64,000 bases of DNA from an uncultured Gemmatimonadales bacterium (GCA_963701965.1 OY969695.1:2784001-2848000); one strand, 5' to 3'. Shown: positions 26,383 to 38,634, counted from the first letter of the stretch. Made by a program: numbers and translations. The notes: generated by a model not told the origin, from the sequence alone.

Positions 26383-29046
26383 TTGCCTTGCCCCAGGTCG
26401 CACCCCAGCGACCGGAGCTCGTGCAACTGCCCGGCCGTCTCCACGCCTTCCGCGACCGTCTGCAAGTTCAACGTCTCGCCGAGCCCGATGATGGCCCGCG
26501 CCAACGCGGTGTCGGTCGTCGCATGCGTCACGACATCGACAAACGGTTTGGCGATCTTGAGCAGGTCGATCGGAAACCGTTTGAGATAGGAGAGCGACGA
26601 CGCCCCCATGCCGAAGTCGTCGAGCGCCAGCCGGATGCGGAGCGACTTGAGCGTGCGCAGCTGCGCCAGCATGACGTCCGTCTGCTGCATGAGCGCACTC
26701 TCCGTGATCTCCAGCACCAGCGATGTCGACGCCAGGGCGCTCTCCGTCAGCGCGAACCGCAGCGACTCGATCAAGCTCGGATGCTGGAGCTGATTCGCCG
26801 AGATGTTCACGGTGAGCAGCAGCGGCACATTGCGCGGATGCGCCAGCTGCCAGCGCTTGACCTGCTGGCACGCCTCCCAGAGCACCCATTGCCCGATGGG
26901 CACGATCAACCCCGTCTCTTCCGCCGCCGGAATGAACTCGCTCGGCGCCAACGTCCCGCGCCGCGGATGCTCCCAGCGGAGCAGCGCCTCCATGCCCGCG
27001 ACACACCCCGAGCGGAGATTGAGGATCGGCTGGTAGCGCAGCGAGAACTCGTCGCGCTCCACGGCAAGCCGCAGCTCCGTCTCGAGCTCCAGCCGTGCCA
27101 GCGTCTCGGCGTGCATGCTGGCCTCGAACAACTCGTGGCGCGCCTTCCCGTGCGCCTTGGCCTGATACATGGCCGTGTCCGCATTGCGCAGCAGATCCGA
27201 CGGGCTCAAGTCCGGCGTCGCCACCGCAATCCCGATGCTCGCCGATGTATGGACTTCTTTCCCTTCGACCAGCAGCGGTTGCCGCAGCGACGCCGTGATC
27301 CGCTCGGCGGCCAGCGCCGGCGCCATGGCCCCTGACGCATTCCTCCAACAAGATCGCGAACTCGTCGCCCCCCAATCGCGCCACCGTGTCGCTGGTGCGC
27401 ACCGCCTCGCACAAGCGCCGCGCCACCGCCGCCAGCAACTGGTCCGCCGGCAAGTGCCCGAGGCTGTCGTTGAACGCCTTGAAGTTGTCGAGATCGAGGA
27501 ACAACACCGCGACCGGATGGCGGCCCGACGCCGCCGGACCACCATATCGTCCCGTGATCGCCAGCGCATGGCTGACGCGATCGAGAAAGAGCGCCCGGTT
27601 GGCGAGGCCCGTCAGCGGATCGTGAAATGCCTGATGGACCAGCTGCGCTTCGAGCGATTTCCGTTCCGTGATGTCGCGCGTGTTGACGACCACCCCGCGG
27701 ACCGTCGGCTCGTGGACCAGATTCGTGCCCACCGCCTCGACGTACATCCACCGCCCGTCCCGGTGCCGAATCCGCCACTCGCTCGGCGTCGTCACGCCCG
27801 CCCGGAGCGCGGCCTCGGCGAACATCGCCTCGCCTCGCGCCACGTCGTCCGGATGGAGCAGCGCGGTGATCGGTTTGCCCTCGATGTCCCCGGTCGGATA
27901 CCCCAGGACGCGCGTCGCCGATGGGCTGCAGTACCGGACGATCCCGCCCGGCTCGACGATGACGATGACGTCCGACGAGTGCTGCACCAGCGAGCGAAAC
28001 CGCGCCTCGCCCTGGCGCGCCGCGCGCTCCGACACCAATCGCGCATTCTCGCGCACCGCGGTGATCTGCCGCATCACGATGAGCACCGCCACCAGAATCT
28101 CGCCCACGGCCAACATTGACCACGGCTGACCCGGCGCCTGGAACGCGTCCCGCAGCAACATTGCCGAACACAGCGTCAGCACCACGTACGGCAGGGGACT
28201 GAACGGCTGGACCTCGGCGTCCGTGACCGACTCCGCGTCGGCGGGCGCACCATTGGGGTCGATCGCCCAGCGATACAGTCCCCAGACCAGCAGCGCGTAC
28301 GCCAGCATGAACGTGAGATCCGTCCAGTTGATGCCGAACGGACCCACGCGTTTGAGCACGAGATCGTTGGCCAGATCGCTCAGCGTGAAGACCGCCACGC
28401 CCGTGAAGAAGAGCGTCCCCGCCAATGATCCGCGCGCCGGCAACCGGCGCAACAGCACGGTGGTGAGGCCCGCCAGCACGAGGATGCTGCCCAACGGGTA
28501 CAGGAACGTGATCACCGTCGCGACGACGCCCAGCTCGCCCTCGATCGCGGTCGGCACGACGACGAGCTGCCAGATGGCGATGCCGCCGCCGATCAAGACC
28601 GTCAGCGTGTCGTAGAAGAACTTCCGGCGCTCGATGCGCCGCCGATCCGCCAACGGCAGCGAGACGAGCCCCGCGACGAACAACGGGTACCAGCAGAGAT
28701 AGGGAAGGTTGACCCACCACGACGCCGTGTAGTCGCCGAGCTGGAAGACGTTGGTGTACAGGGCGGAGCACGCGTTGCCGATGAGCACGCAGACCCACGC
28801 CGTGCCGAACCACCGGGACGCCCGGCGCACCCTCTCGTCGCTGACCCGCGAGGCCGCGAACCACGCCATGAAACACGTGGCGACGTTCATCGGCAGGAAC
28901 GCCACGGCCGTGACGATCAATCGACGCCCGGAAAGGGCGGTCGACGTCGCGAACAGCACCGGATAAAGGACGGCCCAGGCAGTCGCCGCGACGGCCATCG
29001 CGCGGGCAATACCGAGGGACCGCCGGGGGTTGGCGTTCACGGTCAT
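26295..29046 (-). CDS. Membrane sensor-PAS-GGDEF-EAL protein with one +1 frameshift at ~27340
   Basis: HDPLTGLANR and RLGGDEF in one frame; ASIGIA, EALLRW, LDDFG in the next; removing one base at 27340-27341 fuses them. Confidence 0.88.
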
Positions 29047-29178
29047 TACGAGGAAGGACGCGCAGCCCGGGGCGATCGTTTCGGAAGTGTCAAATCGCTG
29101 TTGGCAACGTAAGCCCATGTGAAACAATTATTTGCACTGAAACCAGTGACGAACGGGCCGTCGCTTCGTGTGGAGAGT

Positions 29179-29763
29179 ATGCGTCTCGTCATCGAAGCTC
29201 CCGAACGACTCGCCATCCACGATTCGACTGCCGGTACCCGGGCACTCGGCGCGGCGCTCGTGCTCTGCGGCGCACTCTGTTCCGGCGTGGTCGGCGTGGG
29301 ATGCGCGGTCCTCGGACTGATACTCATAGTGTGCAGTGGCGAGCGCCGCGTGGTCATCGATCGGGCTGCGGGGATGGTCACCATCGACCGGTGGGAGTGG
29401 TCGTCGTGGAGCGGCCGGGCGTATCCCCTCGACGCGATCGCCGACATCATGCTCGAGGAGAGCGACGGCGAGGCGTCGACCGGACGCTTTCGCGTCGCTT
29501 TCGTGATGCAGGATGGCGAACACGTCCCTTGGAACCGCGCCTACTCGCGCGCCGCCGCGGGCGCGCGCCCGGCCGTGGAAGCCGTCCGGCGGTTCCTGGG
29601 TACCGCTACGCTTCCGCCGCCCCCTGCTCGGCGGCGAGCCCCAGACCAACCGCGCCACCAACGACGTCCTGGACGTACAACATTCTTGATCGCGACCAGG
29701 GCCGCGGCGAGTGGCGGCACGGCGATCACCACGTTGGATTCCAGGCCCCGAATGAGCAGGTAG
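29179..29763 (+). CDS. Hypothetical membrane protein
   Basis: GGAG RBS, hydrophobic hairpin followed by a soluble domain. Confidence 0.55.
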   Translation: MRLVIEAPERLAIHDSTAGTRALGAALVLCGALCSGVVGVGCAVLGLILIVCSGERRVVIDRAAGMVTIDRWEWSSWSGRAYPLDAIADIMLEESDGEASTGRFRVAFVMQDGEHVPWNRAYSRAAAGARPAVEAVRRFLGTATLPPPPARRRAPDQPRHQRRPGRTTFLIATRAAASGGTAITTLDSRPRMSR

Positions 29764-29849
29764 ACGGCCAGCACCTCGGCGCCCTTTTGTGGCGAGTCGA
29801 GGATGCCGCGCGCATGCACCAGAATCGTGCCCGCGCGATAAATTCCGGT

Positions 29850-30962
29850 ATGACGACGCTCATTCCGGTCGAGATCGTCGACCCGGTCAACGCCCGCATT
29901 CTCGCTATTTCCGAGGATCGCCTGGCCGGATTTCAACGCGACCCGTTCGGGGCGATCGCCGAGCGCGCGGATGTCGCGTTGCCGATCGTGCTCGACCGGT
30001 TATGCGCGATGCTCGCCGCCGGGACGATCCGGCGGATACGCCAGACGATGATGGCGACCAACCTGGCGCCCGGGGCGCTCGTCGCCTGGAACGTGCCCGC
30101 CGCGCGGTTGGACGCGGCCTTCGACTACATGGTCGCGCAGGATCCCTTTTCTGGCCACGTCGTGATCCGGTCGACGGACGCCGACACGACCGGATCAGCC
30201 TACCGGTTGTGGACGACACTCAAAGTGCCGCAGGGCTACTCCATGGAGAAGCACTGCGCCTATTTGAGCGCGGAGACCGGCGCCGTCTCGTATCGCGTGA
30301 TGCCGGCCAAGCGGCTGTTCGCCTTGGGCGTCGGTCATGTCCGGCGCCGGACGATCGAACCGGGGAGCAAGAGCGACGAGCCCGGCGTGGTGTTGGACAC
30401 GAAGGTTGTCGAATTGTCGCCGCTGGAGTGGCGCGTGCTGGGCCCCCTCAAGCGCGAGTTCGCGGTCGACGAGATTCAGGCCGAGCCCTGGGCGCCGCGC
30501 GCCGCGGAGGCGGGCGTATCCCTCGAGGAGTTTTGTCGCGTCGCGGACCAGCTCAATGCCCGCGGGGTCGTGGGGCGCTTTTCCACTTTCCTTGAGCACG
30601 TCAAGCCGTCGAGCGCGGGCGTGCGCGTCACGCGGTATAACGCGCTCTTCCATTGGAGAGTCCCGCCGGGCCGCGAGATCGAGGCTGGCCAGGAGATCGG
30701 GCGCCATCATATTCTAACGCACGCGTATTGGCGGGAAGGTGGCCCCGAATTCGCCAACGTCAATCTCATGGCCGTGGCGCACGGGACTGACAAGGCGCTG
30801 GTTCTGGAGCACAAACTGGCTATAGACCGACACATGGACGCGGTCGGCATCCCCGTGTCGTACACGAATGTCTTCTGGGGCGGCCGCAGCGAGATCAAGC
30901 CTTCCGAGATTACCCCCGCCGCCTATGCGGCGTGGTGTCAAGAACGCGTCATCGACAGGTAA
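29850..30962 (+). CDS. Lrp/AsnC-fold protein resembling fused siroheme decarboxylase subunits (AhbA/B, NirDL-like)
   Basis: Two wHTH+AsnC modules; GALVAW, THAYWR, NLMAVAHG. Confidence 0.6.
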   Translation: MTTLIPVEIVDPVNARILAISEDRLAGFQRDPFGAIAERADVALPIVLDRLCAMLAAGTIRRIRQTMMATNLAPGALVAWNVPAARLDAAFDYMVAQDPFSGHVVIRSTDADTTGSAYRLWTTLKVPQGYSMEKHCAYLSAETGAVSYRVMPAKRLFALGVGHVRRRTIEPGSKSDEPGVVLDTKVVELSPLEWRVLGPLKREFAVDEIQAEPWAPRAAEAGVSLEEFCRVADQLNARGVVGRFSTFLEHVKPSSAGVRVTRYNALFHWRVPPGREIEAGQEIGRHHILTHAYWREGGPEFANVNLMAVAHGTDKALVLEHKLAIDRHMDAVGIPVSYTNVFWGGRSEIKPSEITPAAYAAWCQERVIDR

Positions 30963-31054
30963 CGCATGGGCTTGTAATCAACGAACTTCGGACGAAAGTT
31001 GTAGTACACAGCGAAGTATTACAATCGTTCACCTCGCCTCCAACCACATCGCCT

Positions 31055-32500
31055 ATGCGCAATCGCGTCTGCGTTCTTGGGTTGCTGATCCTTGCCGCGT
31101 GTTCGGATTCCAGCCCGCGCGTTCTCACCGACGGTGCCCTGACGGTCTCGAACGTCTCGATCTCATCGAATCCATTCAACGTCCTTTCGTTTCGTGTGGC
31201 ATTCGATGCGGTCAACGGAGATTCGGCCCGGGTGCTCTACATGGCGACGACCGACACGACGGGGGCGCTGGTGGATTCCGGTTCGACGCCGTGGCAGCAT
31301 GTGGCGCAGGGACCGAACCGTATCACCCCGCTCGGTCTCCTTCCCCATACCACCTACCATCTGACGTTGCAGGTGACTGGCAAGGGCGGCGCGATGCTCG
31401 AGCCAAAGTACAACGAAGCAACGGACTTTCTCCCGAGTGACCTGCTCACGGCCAAGATCGCGTGGACAGGCACGCCCGGCCCGGGATACACGCTGATCTC
31501 ACCGATCAACGTGGTGATTCCGCGCGCCTACGCGATGGCGTTCGACGGCCAGGGACGGGTGCGGTGGTACCGGCGATTCGACAACGTCTCGTCGCTGGAC
31601 GCGCAGATGCAGCGCAGCGGTCACATTACCGTCGGCCTCTCGCACATCACGCCCGACAGTCTGAACATCGGCCCGTTCGTCGAGATCTTGCCGAGCGGAG
31701 ACAGTCTCGCCACGTACAATGCCCCCGCCGGATATCTCACGGATACCCACGAGATCGTGGTAAGCGGGGATCCCGCCAACCAGATCGTGCAATTCTTCGC
31801 GTTCGACACCCTGCGCAACGTCGATCTGTCCGGGGTCGGCGGAGCCGCCAACGCCCCGATATTCGGCCACTCGCTGTTTCGGCAGACGGCGCAGGGGGCA
31901 CGGCTTTTTGCGTTCGATGCTTGGAATCACTTCGACGTCTCGGACGCGCTGGAGCCCGTCACCGCGGGCAGCGACTTCGACCATCCCAACGCCCTCTCGT
32001 TCGACACGGACAGCAACTATCTCGTGTCGTTCCGCGATTTTGACGCCGTCGACAAGATCGACCGGAACACCGGGAACGTCATCTGGCAGCTCGGGGGCGT
32101 GAAGAGCAGCTTCACGTTCAAGAATGATCCATTCGGCTCATTCAGCGGCCAGCACTTCGCGCGCCGCATCGCGAATGGGCATATCCTGCTCTACGACGAT
32201 GGCACCCGGCATTCGCCGCAAACATCCCGCGCGGTCGAGTATGCGCTGGATACCGTGGCGCACACGGCGACCATGGTCTGGCAATACCTGCCCCAGCCCG
32301 CGGTGTTCACCGCGATCGTCGGGTCCGTGGTCCGGCTGGCGAACGGCAACACCGTCGTGGGGTTTGCGTTCGCCTCGCAGATCGACGAGGTCGGACCGAA
32401 CGGCAATCTCCTGGCACGAGGCAAGTTCTCATTCTCGGGCGCCAAGGAGTTCTATCGGGCCCTTCGCCTGCCGTCCCTCTACCGGTACGAGACGCCCTGA
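31055..32500 (+). CDS. Arylsulfotransferase-family lipoprotein
   Basis: Lipobox [27 protein letters not shown]. Confidence 0.8.
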   Translation: MRNRVCVLGLLILAACSDSSPRVLTDGALTVSNVSISSNPFNVLSFRVAFDAVNGDSARVLYMATTDTTGALVDSGSTPWQHVAQGPNRITPLGLLPHTTYHLTLQVTGKGGAMLEPKYNEATDFLPSDLLTAKIAWTGTPGPGYTLISPINVVIPRAYAMAFDGQGRVRWYRRFDNVSSLDAQMQRSGHITVGLSHITPDSLNIGPFVEILPSGDSLATYNAPAGYLTDTHEIVVSGDPANQIVQFFAFDTLRNVDLSGVGGAANAPIFGHSLFRQTAQGARLFAFDAWNHFDVSDALEPVTAGSDFDHPNALSFDTDSNYLVSFRDFDAVDKIDRNTGNVIWQLGGVKSSFTFKNDPFGSFSGQHFARRIANGHILLYDDGTRHSPQTSRAVEYALDTVAHTATMVWQYLPQPAVFTAIVGSVVRLANGNTVVGFAFASQIDEVGPNGNLLARGKFSFSGAKEFYRALRLPSLYRYETP

Positions 32501-32781
32501 AGCTCGGCGAGGACCGTGCGCAGGTGGCGCGGCCACACGTGGGTCGCGTAGCGAAAGAAGTTGGATCGGGCCTCGGGGTGCGCCGCGAGAAATGCTGACA
32601 AGCGCGCGTGCCCCTTGGCCCGATTGCACGCGCGGCAGGCGGTGACGAGGTTACCACCGCTCCGGTCGCCGCCGCGCACGCGTGGCTGCACGTGGTCCGT
32701 CGTGAGATCCTCTGCCGCGAAGACCACGCCGCAGTACACGCAGCGGTAGGCATCGCGATCGAAGACCTCGTCGCGGGTCAC
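32479..32781 (-). CDS. HNH endonuclease family protein
   Basis: [25 protein letters not shown]. Confidence 0.88.
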   Translation of the reverse strand: MTRDEVFDRDAYRCVYCGVVFAAEDLTTDHVQPRVRGGDRSGGNLVTACRACNRAKGHARLSAFLAAHPEARSNFFRYATHVWPRHLRTVLAELQGVSYR

Positions 32782-32791
32782 CGCCGCGCGA

Positions 32792-34225
32792 TCACTGGAC
32801 TGAGCCGGTCGACGCCGTGGCCAGCGCGCGGATCGCGACTTTGGCGCCCGGCGTGAGCCGCGACTGACCGTCGGTGACCACTTTCTCGCCTTCGGCCAGA
32901 CCCTTGCCGATCACGCAGATGTTGTCCGCCTGACGCTGCACGACGACCGGCCGTTGCCGCGCCGTGCCTGCCTGGTCGACGACGAAGACGTAGGTTCCGG
33001 TCTGCCCCGTCATGATCGCTTGTTGCGGGACGACCAACGCATCCTGCTGGATGTAGAGACGCAGCGTCGTCGCCACGTATTCGCCCGGCCACAGCTCGCT
33101 GTGCGGATTGGGGAAGGTGCCCTTGAGCAGCACGGTGCCCGTCACCGTATCGACGGCGTTGTTCACGAACGACAGCGTGCCCGACGTCATCGGCACATTG
33201 ACCGTGACGTTGCTGCCGCCCGGCGAGCCCGCGCCGTAGCCACTGGCGGGCGGACCGCCGGCGGCGGCTCCGCCACCGGATCGGGGGGCGGCGGAGGAGG
33301 ACGCGCTGGCCGTGGCGCCGGCGCTCGTGGCCGCCGGACGGCTCGGCGGACCGTGGGATCGACGCGAGCCGGCGGCCGGCGCCGAGGCGGCATCGCTGCC
33401 CGGGGTGTCGGGAGCGTTGGACAGCGCGGGGTCATTGGATTCGCCGATCGTCGTGCCCGGCGGCGCATCGGTCTGCGGATCTTGCGGGACGTTCGCCGAC
33501 GGCGGGGCCGAACTCGCGGTCGGGGACACGGTGACGGGCAAGGAGCCCGTGGCGCTGTACTTCTGGATATCCGGCAGATTCGTGGCCGGTACCGCGAACT
33601 GCACCAGGATCGGGTGCATCTGATTGATCACGACCAGCGGCGTGCCCGACGCGGCGTGCACGAGATTCCCCGTCCGGACGAGCAGTCCTCCGGTCCGGCC
33701 GCCGATCGGCGCCCGGATCGTCGTGTTGTCGAGATTGAATTTCGCGTTCGCCATGAGCGCCGAGTCGGCGATGACCGTGCCCTGGGCCGATCCCGCGGTG
33801 GCGCGGATCTGATCGACTTGCTCCTGCGTCACGTAATCCTTCTTGACCAACTGCTCGTAGCGCTCCACTTCCTTGACCGCATCGACCAACGTCGCGTGAT
33901 CGCGCGCCAGGTTGGCGACGGCTTGCTGATACGCCGCCCGGTACGGGATGGGATCGATCTGGAACAGCGTCTGTCCCTTCGCGACATCCTGCCCTTCCTG
34001 GAACGCCACGTTCACGATGATCCCATCGACCTGGGTCGCCACCGCCGCCGTTTGCATCGGGTAGACCGTGCCGTTGGCGCTGATGGTGTACGGCACGGCC
34101 GCGCGCTTCACGGTCGTTACCGCGACGGGCACGGCGGCCTGCGGGGGTCGCTGCTTCTTCGGCTTGCAACCGGTGGCGACGACGGCAAATGCCAGAGTCG
34201 CGCCAAGAACGTGCACTTTCATCAT
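32792..34225 (-). CDS. RND efflux periplasmic adaptor (MFP) with long low-complexity insertion
   Basis: Lipobox, [41 protein letters not shown]. Confidence 0.9.
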   Translation of the reverse strand: MMKVHVLGATLAFAVVATGCKPKKQRPPQAAVPVAVTTVKRAAVPYTISANGTVYPMQTAAVATQVDGIIVNVAFQEGQDVAKGQTLFQIDPIPYRAAYQQAVANLARDHATLVDAVKEVERYEQLVKKDYVTQEQVDQIRATAGSAQGTVIADSALMANAKFNLDNTTIRAPIGGRTGGLLVRTGNLVHAASGTPLVVINQMHPILVQFAVPATNLPDIQKYSATGSLPVTVSPTASSAPPSANVPQDPQTDAPPGTTIGESNDPALSNAPDTPGSDAASAPAAGSRRSHGPPSRPAATSAGATASASSSAAPRSGGGAAAGGPPASGYGAGSPGGSNVTVNVPMTSGTLSFVNNAVDTVTGTVLLKGTFPNPHSELWPGEYVATTLRLYIQQDALVVPQQAIMTGQTGTYVFVVDQAGTARQRPVVVQRQADNICVIGKGLAEGEKVVTDGQSRLTPGAKVAIRALATASTGSVQ

Positions 34226-35724
34226 CGGGAAGGGTGGCTCGTCGAGTCCGACGTGAGCTGGAGCGGCATTTCGCCGTGGAGGCCGATCACGCCGGCATCA
34301 TGCGAAAGTTGCGCGAGGTCCGAGTACCACGTCCAGCGCGCTTGGGCTTCTTGTGAACGCGCGGTCGCGAGCGCGGCCTCGGCCGTGAGCAGATCGAGAA
34401 TGGCGCCGACGCCTTGCTTGTACTTGCCCAACGCCACGTCGTAGTTCTGCTGGGCGCTGGCCAAAAGGTCCTGCGAGGATTTCACCTGCGCGGTCGCCGT
34501 GCGCAGGTTGTAGTACGACGTGAAGACCTGATACACCACCTGGTCGCGTTGGAACTCGGCGTTGGCGATCGCTGCCTGAGCCTGCTCTTTGGCTTGCAGA
34601 ATGTCATAGGCATTCGTAAACCCGGAGAAGATCGGGATCGACACGCCGATCTGCGCGGACCAGGTGTTGCCGTCGAGCGATGACTGATCGGCGTACGTGT
34701 GGCTGGCCGTGCCGCCCAGCGTCAGCTGGGGCAGCCAGTTGCCGCGCACGACTTGAATGTTCGCCTGCGCTTCGCGCGCCGACGCGCGGAACGATGCGAG
34801 GTCGGGCCGCCGGCCCACCGCTTGGGCGACCAGCGAATCGACCGTGACCGCGATCGACTGGATCGGCACGTTGGGCGGTTCCGGTGCGATGTCATACGGT
34901 ACGTTGGCGGGGAATCCAATGGCGACGGCCAACCCCCCGCGCGTCGTCTGCACCGCGCCCTCGTCGCCCTCCAACGTGAACACGGCTTGCGAGTACGTCG
35001 TCTGGGCCTGCAAGACGTCGGAGATCGTGGCGACGCCCGCGTCGTGACGCTCCTTCGCCGCCTCCAAGCTCACGCTGTCCTCGCGGACCGTCTCCCGCTG
35101 CCCGTCGCGCACCGCTTTGGCCGCGTTGTAATTGCAGTACGATTGGACGATCGTGAGGACCGTCTGTTGGACCGTCGCGTTGTGCGTGTACGAGGCGGAG
35201 AACGCGGCCTGCCGCGCTGCCTCGATGGAGCCAAACCGCCCGAAGTCGAACAGCAGCCACGACGCCGACACGCTGGGTGTGAAGAACGAACGGGTCCGGC
35301 CGCCACTGACAGCGATCCCGGCGCCGCCGCTCGTCACCGACAATGTGCCGCTCAATGACGATCCGGTGCGTTCGGCCGTGCCGTCGGCCGTGATCTGCGG
35401 GAGATACTTGCCAAAAGCGGCGCCCACCGTCGCGCCCGCCGCGCGCGCCGTCGCGTAGGACGCGCGTGTTTGCGGATTGTTGAGCAAGCCAATGTCCACC
35501 ACGTCCGGGAGCGTCAATCGCTGGACGCGGTCCTGGATGTCCGGCGGCACGACCTGGCGCGGCAGCGTGTCTCGCACAATGGCGCGCGCCGGTGGCGTCC
35601 AAAACTGATTCGGCGCCTGCGGAGCACTGGGCTTTCCGCCGACGTCGGGAGGGTTATGGATACAGGCGGCGGCGCCGCCGATAAGGACCAATACCGCGGC
35701 CCGTGCGGCTCGCGCCGATCTCAT
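34222..35724 (-). CDS. TolC-family outer membrane efflux protein
   Basis: Lipobox AAAC, two OEP repeats (LPQIT, WLLFDFG, LPQLT, IPIFSG, YKQG). Confidence 0.88.
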   Translation of the reverse strand: MRSARAARAAVLVLIGGAAACIHNPPDVGGKPSAPQAPNQFWTPPARAIVRDTLPRQVVPPDIQDRVQRLTLPDVVDIGLLNNPQTRASYATARAAGATVGAAFGKYLPQITADGTAERTGSSLSGTLSVTSGGAGIAVSGGRTRSFFTPSVSASWLLFDFGRFGSIEAARQAAFSASYTHNATVQQTVLTIVQSYCNYNAAKAVRDGQRETVREDSVSLEAAKERHDAGVATISDVLQAQTTYSQAVFTLEGDEGAVQTTRGGLAVAIGFPANVPYDIAPEPPNVPIQSIAVTVDSLVAQAVGRRPDLASFRASAREAQANIQVVRGNWLPQLTLGGTASHTYADQSSLDGNTWSAQIGVSIPIFSGFTNAYDILQAKEQAQAAIANAEFQRDQVVYQVFTSYYNLRTATAQVKSSQDLLASAQQNYDVALGKYKQGVGAILDLLTAEAALATARSQEAQARWTWYSDLAQLSHDAGVIGLHGEMPLQLTSDSTSHPSR

Positions 35725-35760
35725 ATTCGACAATACGGATGAGGTCCCGATTTCGCTGGG

Positions 35761-37461
35761 CTACTTTTGCGCGCGCAGCTCATCAGCCGCGCTCAGAGCG
35801 TAGCCGATTTCCTTGGACAAAGCCTTCGCCTGTTCGGTTGCGCTGGTGACGGTTCCGATGCCGGCATCCACTCCGGCCGACCGCAACCGTAGCAAATCGA
35901 GCGCCAGGTTCTGCAGGGCGAGCGACGCCCGTTCCATCTGGCCCAAAAGTTCCTGACGTGGTACGGCTAGTTGGGATCGTTGTGTTTCAGGCGTCTCGAC
36001 GTCGATCCGGTGCAGCGCGGTGGCCAGGGACGCGATCTGATCCACCAACGCGTCGGCGGTCGGTAGGACGTCGGGGATCGCCCCACCTTTGGGTGTAATG
36101 GTCTTGAGGCGGTCGATATGATCCAGCACCGCCGCATGGTCGCCTGTGGCGCGGCGGACCGCGGGACCGTACGGGCCGGCCAACACCTCCGGCGCGACGA
36201 GCCGTGACGCCACACGTTGGCCCGAAGGCAACTTCCCGCGCAACCCCAGGTGCCCGCCGCGCAGCATGGCGACAGGGTTCACTCCGTCCGCCCACAGCGA
36301 GCCCGCGCTTCGCACCAGGCCGAAACCCCACCAGATCGTCACCCAGGGGAACCGAATGTCGCCCATGTGGTGGATGCCCGCCATGACATTGATGGTTGCC
36401 ATGACGGCGTTGAAGCCCAACCACGATACCGTGGCCCGCCGAAAGCGGTTGACGCGGAGTTCCAGGCCTTCGGGATCGGTCCGGTCCCGAAGGCGGACGG
36501 GCTTCTCGATCGTCGCCGCCAGTTCCCGCAGTCGGGCGGCATTTTGGAGCGTGGCCGCCACGTTGGTCATCGGCGGCGGTGGCGGCGTGGGCGCGGCCGG
36601 CGGCGGGGATCCCGCTGGGGCATCTAGGGCTTGGACGACCGCTTGCGCGTCCTGAAAGCGGTCCCCGGGGTTTTTTTCCAGGAGCCGCATGATGATCGCC
36701 GCGAGGTCCGCGGGCACGTCCCCGCGCACGTCCCGCAACGGGCGCGGCCGCTCGGTCAGGTGCTTCACGAGCAGCGCGGCGGTGTTTGTGCCCGCGAACG
36801 GCGGCGTCCCGGCCAGCGCGTAGTACATCACGACGCCGAGCGAGTACAGGTCGCTGCGGCCGTCGACCGCCCGCTCGCCGGTACACTGCTCGGGTGACAT
36901 GTAGGCCGGGGTGCCGATCGCCACGCCCGTCGCCGTGAGCTTGGTGCCGGTCGTATCGTCCGCCGCGCGCGCGATCCCAAAGTCCGTCACCACGGCGCGC
37001 CCGTCGTCCAATGCGATCAAGATGTTGTCGGGCTTGATGTCCCGATGGATCACTCCCCGCGCATGGGCGTAGGCCAGCGCGTCGGCCACCTGGCGCAAGA
37101 TGGTGCGCGCCTCGGACACCGCGAGCCGGCCGCGCGCGGTGATACGGGCGCCCAGGGTCTCTCCATCGATGAACGCCATGATGAAGTAGACCAGGTTCTC
37201 TTTTTCGTCGACCGTGTAGATGGGGACGATGTTCGGGTGCGAGAGCTGCGCGGCCATCTCGGCTTCGCGCAGAAACCGGGACCGGATCTCGTCGCGATAC
37301 GCCAGTTCCGGGGGCAGGAGCTTGACGGCGACGGTGCGCTTGAGGCGCACGTCCTTGGCGCGATAGACGATCCCCATTCCGCCGCGGCCCACCTCGTCCT
37401 CGAGCACGAAGCCCGGGGCGAGCACGTGCTCCAGACGTTCTTTGAGGGCAGGATCTTTCAT
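35761..37461 (-). CDS. Ser/Thr protein kinase with 2TM and coiled C-terminus
   Basis: GRGGMGIV, HRDIKPDN, DFG, GTPAYMSPEQ. Confidence 0.92.
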   Translation of the reverse strand: MKDPALKERLEHVLAPGFVLEDEVGRGGMGIVYRAKDVRLKRTVAVKLLPPELAYRDEIRSRFLREAEMAAQLSHPNIVPIYTVDEKENLVYFIMAFIDGETLGARITARGRLAVSEARTILRQVADALAYAHARGVIHRDIKPDNILIALDDGRAVVTDFGIARAADDTTGTKLTATGVAIGTPAYMSPEQCTGERAVDGRSDLYSLGVVMYYALAGTPPFAGTNTAALLVKHLTERPRPLRDVRGDVPADLAAIIMRLLEKNPGDRFQDAQAVVQALDAPAGSPPPAAPTPPPPPMTNVAATLQNAARLRELAATIEKPVRLRDRTDPEGLELRVNRFRRATVSWLGFNAVMATINVMAGIHHMGDIRFPWVTIWWGFGLVRSAGSLWADGVNPVAMLRGGHLGLRGKLPSGQRVASRLVAPEVLAGPYGPAVRRATGDHAAVLDHIDRLKTITPKGGAIPDVLPTADALVDQIASLATALHRIDVETPETQRSQLAVPRQELLGQMERASLALQNLALDLLRLRSAGVDAGIGTVTSATEQAKALSKEIGYALSAADELRAQK

Positions 37462-37535
37462 TGCGACCGGGGACGGGGCGTGACGAGCGCCGGCGGGCCA
37501 GCGTCGTATTGCAAAACTAACGGTCGACGGTTCCG

Positions 37536-38624
37536 GTGTCTCCTTCTCGTCAGCACCTCATCGCGGGGCTCGCAGGGTCCACGCTCGTCCTCGGGCTCGC
37601 GGGGTTCGCGGTGTGGCACCGGGCCAACGGCGGCGCCGAGCGACCGTTGAGCGGCATTGTCGGTTCCTTTCGGGACCACGCCGGCACACGGCTGGCCTAT
37701 TATCTGGACGCCGACGCGTTGAGCCAGCAAGTGGCCGACGTCGGTCTCGATTTCCTCATCGCGCAGCACAACCGGTCGGCGCTGGCGGCGGTACTGGGCG
37801 AGGTCCCGTCGGCCGAACGCGAGGGCCCGGACAGCGCCGCCCGCATCCTGGCCCTCAAGTCCGCGATGGCCGAGCGCGGCGCGCGCGGCATTTCGGTGGC
37901 GATGACGTCGGGGACGGCGGATAGCGCCAATGTCCTGGAGCGGGTGACGGCCGCGTTCAGCGCCCTGCCGCCGCTCGACGTCATACTCGCCGGCGATCAT
38001 CTCGATCTGGTCGACGTGGGCGGCGTATCGGGGCAGAAGCAGGATCGCGTGATCGTGCTCGCGTTGCGCGACCGCGAGCTGCATCTCCCGGTCGACATCG
38101 GGGTCGCGATCCACCATGAGGACACGCAATGGCGCGTCGTGGGAGTCGACCGCCTGGATCGGACCCTGGGCGCGATCGACAACGCGCAGCTGGAGCGCTT
38201 GGCCGTCGCCAACCGGCCGATCGAAGAACGGTTGGCCGATGCCCTCGGCGTCGGCGCTCCCCAAGTCACGCGCGTCGCCCACGGCCGGCGGCGCACCGAC
38301 ATGCAACTCGCGGTCCGGCTGGAGAATCGGTCGACGGCGACGATCGACGCCCTCGACCTCGCGCTGTCGACCCGGGCGTCCGATGACGAGCACGCCGAGG
38401 TGTTGCACGTCGATGGGCCGATTCCGCCGGGACGGGCGGTCATGGCCAATTGGCAATTCGACGAGACGCGGCGGCAGACCAGCCACACCGCGGCGCTCCT
38501 GATGCATCCCGATGACCTCACGATGCGCGCCCGCCGGGTCGTGCTCGACTCGGCGGGCGTTGCCGACACGGTGCGCTTGCTCAGATCGTACCGGGATCTG
38601 CGCAAGCGGGGCGCCGAGCCTTAG
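37536..38624 (+). CDS. Hypothetical membrane-anchored protein
   Basis: N-terminal TM helix; fills the gap between neighbouring genes. Confidence 0.6.
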   Translation: MSPSRQHLIAGLAGSTLVLGLAGFAVWHRANGGAERPLSGIVGSFRDHAGTRLAYYLDADALSQQVADVGLDFLIAQHNRSALAAVLGEVPSAEREGPDSAARILALKSAMAERGARGISVAMTSGTADSANVLERVTAAFSALPPLDVILAGDHLDLVDVGGVSGQKQDRVIVLALRDRELHLPVDIGVAIHHEDTQWRVVGVDRLDRTLGAIDNAQLERLAVANRPIEERLADALGVGAPQVTRVAHGRRRTDMQLAVRLENRSTATIDALDLALSTRASDDEHAEVLHVDGPIPPGRAVMANWQFDETRRQTSHTAALLMHPDDLTMRARRVVLDSAGVADTVRLLRSYRDLRKRGAEP

Positions 38625-38634
38625 GCGCCAGGCC

